This document shows, piece by piece, positions 20,252 through 28,816 of a DNA stretch of 64,000 nt (positions are counted from its first letter, which is position 1; every line of letters begins with the position of its first letter). A program made the position numbers and the translations under genes. Source of the DNA: an uncultured delta proteobacterium (GTDB lineage Bacteria > Desulfobacterota > Binatia > Binatales > Binataceae); the NCBI GenBank assembly GCA_963733715.1, contig CAVTEN010000010.1:8520-72519 (forward strand). The letters are read 5' to 3'. A model generated the notes under the pieces. It did no database searches. It saw only the letters and a program-made list of their open reading frames with translations, and was not told the origin of the DNA.

Positions 20252-20374
20252 GCGCGCTGGCGCCGGATGCCGGAGCATCCGTCGAGATTCTTCGCTACAG
20301 CAGCTTTCGCTCAGAATGACGCGAGGGGTCGCCTTAGATTTGTGTCATCCTGAGCGCAGCGAAGGATCTCGCGC
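20252..20374. repeat. ~125-bp extragenic imperfect-palindrome repeat, family A, copy 2
   Basis: Matches 1664..1793; begins at the anti-sigma gene stop codon. Confidence 0.8.
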
Positions 20375-20431
20375 GAAGCGCGTCTTGTTCCAACCACGGC
20401 AAAAGATTTGCACGGCAGTCAAGTAAAATAG

Positions 20432-21890
20432 CTACGGCGTTGGCGGTGCGGTTGGCGCGGGGGCTCGGGTCCATAGCGTGAAATGATCCGTTGTCAGTGT
20501 CGGGCGGAAGCCGTTGCTCGACAGAAAATCTTCGGGGACCAGCACCAGCGGGACTAGTTGAATCGGTGAGTCGTTGATGACGGCGGAGACTTTTCCGCTG
20601 GCGATCGCTTCGCGCATCTGGTCGGTCCAGTAGTGACGCGTGTCCGAGATCAGCTGGAAGAAATCGGCCGTGCCCATGCGGCGGCGCGCGGCGAAAAAAC
20701 CGTCGCGTTCGTACTCCGCTTTTGCTTCGCGATACACGCCGTAGGTTTCGGGATAGCGGATCAGTTCACGGCGGTTGGCCTCGAAGCAGATGAATGACGG
20801 CGCGATCACTTCGTCGTCCGGCTTGCTGGCGGCGCGCAACGCGTCGGCGACCTGCGAGATTTCCGCGCGCGGCACGAAGCCGAATCCGTAGACGGCGCCA
20901 TGCAGCCAGCTCTCGTTGATAATCGGCGAGATCCCGAGCAGACAAATCGCGAGCAGCGCCGCGCCGCCCGCAATGAACTGCCATCGATGGGGCGTCGCCC
21001 TGCCTGCTTGCGCGAGAGCAATCGCGCCGATCCCCGCAATGATCGCGATGAACGGCAGCGGCTCGAGGTAGTTGTGGGCCCACGCGGTCGGGCTCAGCAC
21101 GCCATAAAATGCGTACTCGGCGGCGACGATTGCGAGCACGAGGATCACACCGCGATTGAAAATGCGATTGGCGAAGATCTGCCAGCATCCGAGGACGGAC
21201 AGCGGCACGAGCACGTCGAGAATCATGCGCGGGAAGAGCGCGGTGTTGAGGCCAAGGTCGCGACCTTTCAGAAAGTGAAACACGAACGTCTGGAAGATGA
21301 ACTCACTGCCGTAGAGCCGGTAGAGAATCGCGCCGAACGCGGCGAGTGCGAGCGCGAAGATTGCGCCAGAGACGACGAGCGCCCGCGATTCGGCGGTACG
21401 CGACGGCGATGAAAATCAGCATCACGGGGAATGCGATCACGGCGGTCAACTTGATTGCGCACGCGACGAAGAAGATGAGCGCAACGAAAACGGCCTGACG
21501 AATCGCGGGCATCGCTTCGTCGAGCGTGACGATTGCGCCGAGCAGAATAAGCGGCGCAACGAAGCTCTCACGCTCGTAGGCGTGATAGCGAAAGACCAGC
21601 GAGCTGTAGGCGTACAGTATCGACGCGGCGATCGCAGTCCGACGGCCGGCGATCCGGCGCGCGAGGGCGTAGGTCAGGATGCTGGTCGCGAAAATCGCGG
21701 CCTCGTTCAGAATTTCGATCGACAGATAGCTTGCGCCGAACAACTTGAGGTAACCTGCCGCGATCCATTCGAGCAGCGGCATATGCGGTTGAACGAAATC
21801 GAGGTACGGGCGCATCCCAACGCTCACGAGCCACGCGCTCTCGAGGTAGAAATCGTCCTCGACCCATATTTCAGGATAGAGCATGCGCAA
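20432..21890 (-). CDS. GT-C family membrane glycosyltransferase (GT39/PMT_2/ArnT-like), frameshift near 21390
   Basis: N-terminal loop with DE motif (IWVEDDFYLESAW) and multiple TM helices; C-terminal soluble domain in ORF 20432..21283. Confidence 0.6.
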
Positions 21891-21975
21891 GATGCGCGGG
21901 ACGGCCAGCGCGACGATGAGCCACGCGCCGATGCGGGCGGCGTTGACGCTGTCGGCGTCGCGGAGACGCGGCTCG

Positions 21976-23748
21976 ATGAATTACCCGCGGTCATCGAAGC
22001 AGTCCGCGTCCGCCGTGTACGGGTACCTTCTGCCCGGCCACTTTGATTGGATAATCGTCGCGGCGATCTTGATTCTGACATTCGTGATGGCCACGTCCGC
22101 GGGCGTGCGACGCGGGGTCGAATTGATGCCGTGGCCGGATGGACTCGAGTACGCCGCTTCCGGCATGAATCTCGCGAATGGTCGCGGTGCGGTGCTGCAT
22201 TTCGGTGGATATACTTACCCGTCGCGCTATACCGCCGGCTACCCACTGATCCTGGCCTTCTTCCATCACCTTTATGGCGCAGAGTTTCGCCCACTCAACA
22301 CCGCGCTGATCCTCGGGATGCTCTCGGTCTTCGGCGTTTTCATGCTGGCGCGCGGCCAGTTCTGGCGCCTGGCCGCGACAGTTGCGGCGCTCTTGCTCGC
22401 GCTCTCCCCGGTTTTCATCACGTATTCGTCGCTCGTGATGAGCGACGTGCCCACTTTGTTCGTGACGATTTGCGCGGCGGTGGTGCTGAGGGTCGCGACA
22501 TCGGACTACATGAACCAATCGCCGAGCTGGACACGAATGTCAGCATGGTTGGCATTCGGCCTCCTCGCCGGTTTCTCGACGATCATCCGTCCGACCAACG
22601 CAACGATTCTTGTCGGCTTCGCCTTGTGCGTCGTGATGGTACCGCTTGAACATCGAGATCGCCCCAGCCTTCTCAAAACGGCAATCGCAGTGGCAATAGG
22701 GTTCGCGATTCCGGTCGCGTGGCAGTTGCATCAGAACTCGATCAATCTCGGGAGCCCGTTTGCGAGCGGCTACGCGTGGTGGGTGCCCGAGGTTTATGGC
22801 GCTGGCGGGAAGACGTTCAGCATCGCATACTTGTTCGGTCCCACGATGCCGCGAAATCCGCACGGCAACGTGATCGTCTATGTCACGACGCTGCTCGGCC
22901 TCGATGGAATGCTCGGCGATCCCGGCGACTCGCGCTATTTCTTGTACCCGTTCGCGGCGGCGGTGTTCGCAATCGTCGGATTCATCGCAATCTTTCGCAC
23001 GCCCGGCAGATCCGCTGCGCGGCGCCTGATGTGGTTCGGGCTCGGCTACCTCGGCGCGTTGACCGGACTCTACTGCTTCTATTTGTTCACCGACATCGCC
23101 TTCATCCTGCCGGGCGCGTTTGTACTTTTCATTGCGGCGGGCGCGGGAGCGGCGGCGGCAAATCGATATGTTCCCGCCGTGCTCCGCAACCGAAATCGAA
23201 GCGCCATCAAGATAGCGGCAGCGGCGAGCGTGATCGTGCTCGACTTGCTGCTGGTCGTGTCGCTGGCTTCGGAAGCGGCCGTGCGGTTGAGCGCCCAGCC
23301 CGCATCCTCCGCGATGGTTGAGGCGTTGGAGTCATTGGATTCCACGATGCCGCGCGATTCGACCGTGGTTAGCAATGTCTCGCTGCAGTTTCTCGATTTG
23401 TACCTCGGAGAAGATCGGCGCTACGTCGGTCTCAACTCGCTCGACCCGGGCGAGCGCTTCACCGACTACCATCTGCATCGCCTGTACGAAAAGCGCGCGA
23501 CCGGATGGAACGGTCCGGTGCCAACGGTAGTGTTCGACGGCGCGCAGATGGCGCCGGCGGCGACCAAGTCGCTCGCATCGGCGATTGATGCGAAGGCGCC
23601 GGTCTTTCTTCTGATCGCCCCGCCCGAGTCGCAAGGATACGCCGACGTGCTCAAGTCTGAACTCGATCAGTTGCAGGAAAAGTTCACCGTCGAGCCGGTC
23701 TCGCAGAACGAGGCGATCGCGGTCTATCGGCTGACTGGCCGGAAGTAG
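21976..23748 (+). CDS. GT-C family membrane glycosyltransferase (GT39/ArnT-like), divergent from the preceding gene
   Basis: About 590 aa, more than 10 TM helices, C-terminal soluble domain; start placed at internal Met 21976 to avoid overlap with the divergent gene. Confidence 0.55.
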   Translation: MNYPRSSKQSASAVYGYLLPGHFDWIIVAAILILTFVMATSAGVRRGVELMPWPDGLEYAASGMNLANGRGAVLHFGGYTYPSRYTAGYPLILAFFHHLYGAEFRPLNTALILGMLSVFGVFMLARGQFWRLAATVAALLLALSPVFITYSSLVMSDVPTLFVTICAAVVLRVATSDYMNQSPSWTRMSAWLAFGLLAGFSTIIRPTNATILVGFALCVVMVPLEHRDRPSLLKTAIAVAIGFAIPVAWQLHQNSINLGSPFASGYAWWVPEVYGAGGKTFSIAYLFGPTMPRNPHGNVIVYVTTLLGLDGMLGDPGDSRYFLYPFAAAVFAIVGFIAIFRTPGRSAARRLMWFGLGYLGALTGLYCFYLFTDIAFILPGAFVLFIAAGAGAAAANRYVPAVLRNRNRSAIKIAAAASVIVLDLLLVVSLASEAAVRLSAQPASSAMVEALESLDSTMPRDSTVVSNVSLQFLDLYLGEDRRYVGLNSLDPGERFTDYHLHRLYEKRATGWNGPVPTVVFDGAQMAPAATKSLASAIDAKAPVFLLIAPPESQGYADVLKSELDQLQEKFTVEPVSQNEAIAVYRLTGRK

Positions 23749-23825
23749 GGCCGCGGACGCACGCCATCGAGTCACCGCCCCTGAGAGCAAAGTAGCGCGC
23801 CGCGCGCAACTTTGCGCTTCTCACT

Positions 23826-23870
23826 TTCTCACTGGGTGCAGGGGTCACCCCCTGCCGCCCGCCGCGCAGG
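23826..23870. repeat. Extragenic palindromic repeat, family C, copy 1 (core GGTGCAGGGGTCACCCCCTGCC)
   Basis: Shares its core with family B and with 53554..53610. Confidence 0.75.
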
Positions 23871-23995
23871 CTTTTATTTGAGTCGCCGTGTAAACGACGT
23901 CACCGCCCGATTCGTCTTACACTTCGATCGCAAATTTTTTCCCTTTTTCACTCGACTGCTGGGGCAGTCGACGTACAGGCAGGAGGAGAATCTGT

Positions 23996-25156
23996 ATGTT
24001 TCAATCACCACGAAAATGGCCGGCGGCTTTGCTCGCCGCGCCGGTGGCGCTTTGCCTGGTATCAGGACTGGCGCGCGCGGACACGTTCGACGCACCGCTT
24101 ATTCAGTGCAAATCGGTGGCGACGCCCGCCGCGCTCACCACCTGCGCGTCGGCGCAGGATCTGCTCAAGCGGGGCGGCGCAACGATTAACGATCAAGGCG
24201 ACGTGACGGTGATCGTCATCGGGGCTGCCACCAATACTACGTATACCGTCAGTCTCGTTTCGAACGACGGCACTCAAACCACTTCGATCGGTAGTCTCAA
24301 GACCGGAGTCGCGGGAGACGGAGCGTTTCGCAAGGACGCATTTTTCAAATTCGGGACGGTCGGCGCTGGCAACGTGGTTCTGAGCAGTGGCGCCGGTGAG
24401 CAGTTCGTCACCGGGCTGTTGATCTCGAGCAACGGTCTCGAGTCGGCGCGTGACTTTCAGCCGGCCCTCGTGCGATGCACCGACGTGACAGTGCCGGGGA
24501 CTCTCTCAAATTGTGGCAGCGACTCTCTGACCCGCGGCCGCGTCGATATTGAAAACGCCGACGGCGCGCTGTCGATTCACGTGACCGGCGCGCGGCCGAG
24601 CACCAGCTACACGGCGATTCTGCGATCTCCCGGCGGCACAACGACCTCGCTCGGAACCGTTGGGCCTACGGACAAAGCCGGTAACGGTATGCTGATCGTA
24701 CCGGCTGCGTTCGCTCCGAATACTATCGGTTCGGGAGAAATCGTGTTGCAGAGCGGCAGCACGGATGAATTCGTGTCGGGATTCCGGGTGGATCAGAAAT
24801 TCGTGCGTCCGGCGGTTTCGGCCTCGAACCTGGTGCCATGCGGGAGTGTGACCGATCCGGTCCTCGCAAACTGTGGCAGCGATCCGCTGGATCGCGGCGC
24901 TTATGAGGTGAACGCGGCCGGCGACGTCACCGTAAGGCTCGCGGGCGCGACTCCGAGCACCAACTATGAGTTGTTCTTCCGGCCGCTCGACAACTCGGGC
25001 GACGTCGATACGGGTATTGCGGTACCGACCAACGCGTTGGGCAACGCTGAGACGGGCCTGAAGAAGTTCTTCATGCCGAACACCGTCGCCTCGGGCACGT
25101 TCGTGGTGAAGTCCGGGACCCTCGACGAGTTCGTGGCCGGCTACGAACTGCACTAA
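23996..25156 (+). CDS. Secreted protein with three ~120-aa tandem repeats, Thr/Ser/Gly-rich, conserved Cys pair per repeat; unknown function
   Basis: Signal peptide; each repeat keeps ..C..V..P..L.NCGSD.L.RG.....G...V...GA.PST.Y...R.......SLG.......GNG......F.PNT..SG..V..SG..DEFV.G; RBS AGGAGGA upstream. Confidence 0.7.
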   Translation: MFQSPRKWPAALLAAPVALCLVSGLARADTFDAPLIQCKSVATPAALTTCASAQDLLKRGGATINDQGDVTVIVIGAATNTTYTVSLVSNDGTQTTSIGSLKTGVAGDGAFRKDAFFKFGTVGAGNVVLSSGAGEQFVTGLLISSNGLESARDFQPALVRCTDVTVPGTLSNCGSDSLTRGRVDIENADGALSIHVTGARPSTSYTAILRSPGGTTTSLGTVGPTDKAGNGMLIVPAAFAPNTIGSGEIVLQSGSTDEFVSGFRVDQKFVRPAVSASNLVPCGSVTDPVLANCGSDPLDRGAYEVNAAGDVTVRLAGATPSTNYELFFRPLDNSGDVDTGIAVPTNALGNAETGLKKFFMPNTVASGTFVVKSGTLDEFVAGYELH

Positions 25157-25218
25157 ACCTGGAAAATCGCGGAGACTAGAAGTGGGCGGCTCGAGCAATC
25201 GAGTCGCCCGCTTCGTTC

Positions 25219-26751
25219 CTAGGGCGTAGCTCGGTCGAGCGAGCGATACTGTATCGCCTCGCTCACATGATGCGCGGCGATCGCGGCGGAGCCGTCGAGA
25301 TCGGCGATCGTGCGCGAGACTTTCAGGATGCGGGTATAAGCGCGCGCGCTCAGGCCGAGGCGGTTGATTGCCAACTCGAGCAGACGCTCGCCGCCAGCCT
25401 CGATCTGACAATGAAGCCGAAGGTCGCTCGCACGCATCTGCGCGTTGCAGAAAAACGGCATCCCCTTGAAGCGCGCGAGCTGCGCCTCACGCGCGCGGTT
25501 CACGCGCTCGCGAATCGCGACCGACGGCTCTCGCGCGACGCGATCGGTCAGGTCCTTGTACTTCACCGCCGGCACTTCGATATGGATGTCGATACGGTCG
25601 AGCAGCGGGCCTGAGATCCGCGAGCGATACCGTTGAATCGCGATCGGCGAGCATGAGCATTCGTGCTGCGGGTCAGTATAGAAGCCGCACGGGCACGGGT
25701 TCATCGCGGCGACGAGCATCACCGAGGCCGGGAACGTAAGCGTCCCCATCACGCGCGAAATTGTGATGCGCGCGTCCTCGAGCGGCTGGCGCAGGACCTC
25801 GAGCACGTTCTTGCGGAACTCGGGCAACTCGTCGAGGAACAGCACCCCGTGATGCGCCAGGCTGACCTCGCCGGGGCGCGGAATCGATCCGCCGCCGATA
25901 AGGCCCGCGTCTGAGATAGTGTGATGCGGGCTGCGGAAGGGCCGCGTCGTGATCAGCGCGCGGCCGTTGAGCAAGCCCATCACGGAATGCACCTTGGTGG
26001 TCTCGATCGCTTCCTCGAAGGTCATCGTCGGCAGAATCGAGGGCAGCCGCTTCGCGAGCATCGTCTTGCCCGATCCGGGCGGCCCGATCATCAGGACGTT
26101 GTGACCGCCGGCTGCAGCGACCTCGAGCGCGCGCTTGGCCTGCTCCTGTCCTTTGACCTCGCTGAAATCGACGTCGTAAACGTTGGCCTCACCGAACGCG
26201 GTGGTGAGATCGACTGGAATCGATTGGAGAGGACGCAGACCCTCGAAGAATTCGAAAGCCTCGCGCAGGCTCTCGACGCCGAGCACCGCGGTGCCCTCGC
26301 CGACCACCGCAGCCTCGGAGGCATTCTCGCGCGGCAACATCACGCCCGCGAACTTGGCCGATCGCGCGAGCAACGCGGTCGGCAGCGCTCCCTTGATACC
26401 CTTGATACGGCCGTCGAGCGCGAGTTCGCCGAGAATCAGGTAGCCGCGCAGGCGCGCGCGATCCTTGAGCACGTTTTGCGCCGCGAGAATCCCAAGCGCC
26501 AGCGGCAGATCGAACGCCGAGCCCTCCTTGCGCGTGTCCGCGGGCGCGAGGTTGATAGTCATCTTGCGCGTGGGGAATTCAAAGCCGGAATTTTTGATCG
26601 CCGACTTGACCCGATCGAGCGCCTCCTTGACCGCGCCCTCGGCGAGGCCGACCAGACGATGCGGCGGTACGCCGGCGCCGATGTCGATTTCCACTTCGAC
26701 CGGAAACGCGTCAACCCCAACCAGTGCGCTCGATATTACGCTTGCGTGCAA
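25219..26751 (-). CDS. comM: YifB/ComM-family Mg-chelatase-like AAA+ ATPase
   Basis: 510 aa; Lon-like N-domain, Walker [14 protein letters not shown], ChlI-type C-terminus. Confidence 0.88.
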   Translation of the reverse strand: MHASVISSALVGVDAFPVEVEIDIGAGVPPHRLVGLAEGAVKEALDRVKSAIKNSGFEFPTRKMTINLAPADTRKEGSAFDLPLALGILAAQNVLKDRARLRGYLILGELALDGRIKGIKGALPTALLARSAKFAGVMLPRENASEAAVVGEGTAVLGVESLREAFEFFEGLRPLQSIPVDLTTAFGEANVYDVDFSEVKGQEQAKRALEVAAAGGHNVLMIGPPGSGKTMLAKRLPSILPTMTFEEAIETTKVHSVMGLLNGRALITTRPFRSPHHTISDAGLIGGGSIPRPGEVSLAHHGVLFLDELPEFRKNVLEVLRQPLEDARITISRVMGTLTFPASVMLVAAMNPCPCGFYTDPQHECSCSPIAIQRYRSRISGPLLDRIDIHIEVPAVKYKDLTDRVAREPSVAIRERVNRAREAQLARFKGMPFFCNAQMRASDLRLHCQIEAGGERLLELAINRLGLSARAYTRILKVSRTIADLDGSAAIAAHHVSEAIQYRSLDRATP

Positions 26752-26860
26752 AAATAACCTTCGTTGCTAACAGCCAGTTGACACTAGCGCAACTCACGGC
26801 TGCGAGCGATCATGTTACCTTAGGTACATTGTTACTTCGGTGACACTCCGTCTTTGCACA

Positions 26861-26937
26861 GTGGCACAGGCTTTAGCCTGTGATCCTCAGCCTGGATTTG
26901 CATAGACCAGAAAATCACAGGCTAAAGCCTGTGCCAC
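26861..26937. promoter_or_regulatory. Perfect 24-bp inverted repeat (GTGGCACAGGCTTTAGCCTGTGAT / ATCACAGGCTAAAGCCTGTGCCAC) separated by 29 nt, between paaX-like stop and comM start
   Basis: Verified by reverse-complementing the arms; each arm is itself palindromic (CACAGGCT-NN-AGCCTGTG). Confidence 0.7.
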
Positions 26938-26940
26938 CAA

Positions 26941-27768
26941 CTACTCGCGCGGGGCGTGCGCGCGCATAAAGCGCCGCCAGATCTGCCGCGCATTCTGATC
27001 GTAATCGGACATCACCCGGATCAGATTAATCAGCGCCCGCTGCGGCATCAGCTCTTCGGGCAGCACCGGATCCAGATTGATATGCCGAATGACGTCGCGC
27101 CCCAATACCATCGACTCTGCCGCCGCCGTGTCGAGCGGCAAACGCTCGAGCTTGCTCTTGCTCGCGAGTAATTCGTCTGCCAGCGCGCGATATGTCGCGA
27201 GCATCGCAGCCGTGTCCCACAGGCTGTTAGCCTTCGCGCCCGCATCGTCGTCAAGATCCTGCAGGCCGACCACCAGCGCCGCGGGATAAAGACCGAGCGC
27301 GCGCAGATGCTCGCGCAACTCGGCCACCGAGTCGCGCAGGTTGGCGGGACGAATCCATAAGCCACTTTGAAGTTCACGAAATCCCCGCAGGCGCATCGCG
27401 CGTTCGTGACGTCGGAGCGCGGCGCGATCGCTGCGCGGGACGCTCGCGTCGAACACTCCTATCCACGCGCCCGACCATGGCCTGGCGAGGTCGTCGAGAT
27501 GCCGCCACTTGCGAACTTCGTCACGCATCGCCTCGCCCGACGGACTCAACCGATAGCGGCCGCGACCGATATTTCTAGCAACGGATTGCTCGACCAGCCG
27601 CGTCAGCGCCATCCGCAAACTCTGCTCGGTGAATCCCAGCGCGATCCCGACGCCCGCAATTTCCTGCACCGACATCTCGCGTGGATAGCGATTCGACAGA
27701 AAATCGATCACCAGCTCGCGGGCGGTGAGGTGTCGCGGCACATAACGAGGATTTGCAATCGTTGCCAT
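26941..27768 (-). CDS. PaaX-family transcriptional regulator
   Basis: 275 aa; N-terminal winged-helix plus PaaX C-domain-like sequence; this family responds to CoA thioesters. Confidence 0.65.
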   Translation of the reverse strand: MATIANPRYVPRHLTARELVIDFLSNRYPREMSVQEIAGVGIALGFTEQSLRMALTRLVEQSVARNIGRGRYRLSPSGEAMRDEVRKWRHLDDLARPWSGAWIGVFDASVPRSDRAALRRHERAMRLRGFRELQSGLWIRPANLRDSVAELREHLRALGLYPAALVVGLQDLDDDAGAKANSLWDTAAMLATYRALADELLASKSKLERLPLDTAAAESMVLGRDVIRHINLDPVLPEELMPQRALINLIRVMSDYDQNARQIWRRFMRAHAPRE

Positions 27769-27828
27769 TCTCTGTTACATACAGATTCGTGATGCAAAGA
27801 ATAAACGCCCCGATACTTCGACGGAAGA

Positions 27829-28791
27829 TTGGAGGATATCATGTTCCAGGCGCGTAGCATTTTCTCCGACGACGAACTGCTGATGCTCAAGCGCAAATCG
27901 CAGTGGCGCGCGGCGTGGATGATCTTTCACGCGTGGGCCGTGATCTTCGGCGCGATGGCGCTGTTCGTATGGTGGCCGAATCCGCTGACCTTCATCGCCG
28001 CGACCTTGATAATCGGCGCGCGACAACTCGGGCTCGCCATCCTCTCGCATGACGCGTCGCACGGCCTGCTGTTCCGCAACATGAAGCTGAACGACTTCGC
28101 GGGTACCTGGCTGACGGACTATGCGCTGTTCGGCGACATGTACGCCTACCGCCCCTATCATGTCGCGGGGCACCATCGATTTACGCAGCAGAAAAACGAT
28201 CCGGATCTCGGCCTGACGGCGCCCTTCCCGATCACGCGCAGCAGCATGCGGCGCAAGGTCATTCGCGATCTTACCGGGCAGACGGCCTACAAGCAGAAGG
28301 CGGCGCTGATCCGCCGTGCCTTCGGAAGCCCCGACATGCCGGCATCGCAGCGGCTCGCGATGGGATGGCAGCGGCTCCACGGCGCAATCGTCACCAACGC
28401 GATTATTTTCGCGATACTCGCGGCAACGGGCCACTGGTGGCTGTTCCCCGCGCTGTGGGTGTTCCCGTACATGACGTTCCACGAGCTGGTCGTGCGCATT
28501 CGAAGTATCGCCGAGCATTCGATGGCGCCCGACAACGACGATCCGATGCGCAACACGCGCACGACGCACGCAAACTGGCTGATGCGCGCCCTGGTCGCCC
28601 CGTACTTCGTCAACTACCACCTCGAACACCACCTGCTGATAGCAGTCCCGTGCTACAACCTCCCGCGCGCCCACGAAATCCTGCTAGCAAAAGGCTACGC
28701 CCCCCGAATGGAACTCCAACCCGGCTACAAGGCGATGCTAGCGTTGGCAACCTCGAAGCCAGAGCTATCGCAAATCCAAGCCGCCGCGTAA
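27829..28791 (+). CDS. Membrane fatty-acid desaturase family protein
   Basis: Three histidine boxes (HDASH, HHRF-like HVAGHHRF, HLEHH) and TM helices. Confidence 0.8.
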   Translation: MEDIMFQARSIFSDDELLMLKRKSQWRAAWMIFHAWAVIFGAMALFVWWPNPLTFIAATLIIGARQLGLAILSHDASHGLLFRNMKLNDFAGTWLTDYALFGDMYAYRPYHVAGHHRFTQQKNDPDLGLTAPFPITRSSMRRKVIRDLTGQTAYKQKAALIRRAFGSPDMPASQRLAMGWQRLHGAIVTNAIIFAILAATGHWWLFPALWVFPYMTFHELVVRIRSIAEHSMAPDNDDPMRNTRTTHANWLMRALVAPYFVNYHLEHHLLIAVPCYNLPRAHEILLAKGYAPRMELQPGYKAMLALATSKPELSQIQAAA

Positions 28792-28816
28792 TATACGCCG
28801 CGGGGCAACAGGGGGG

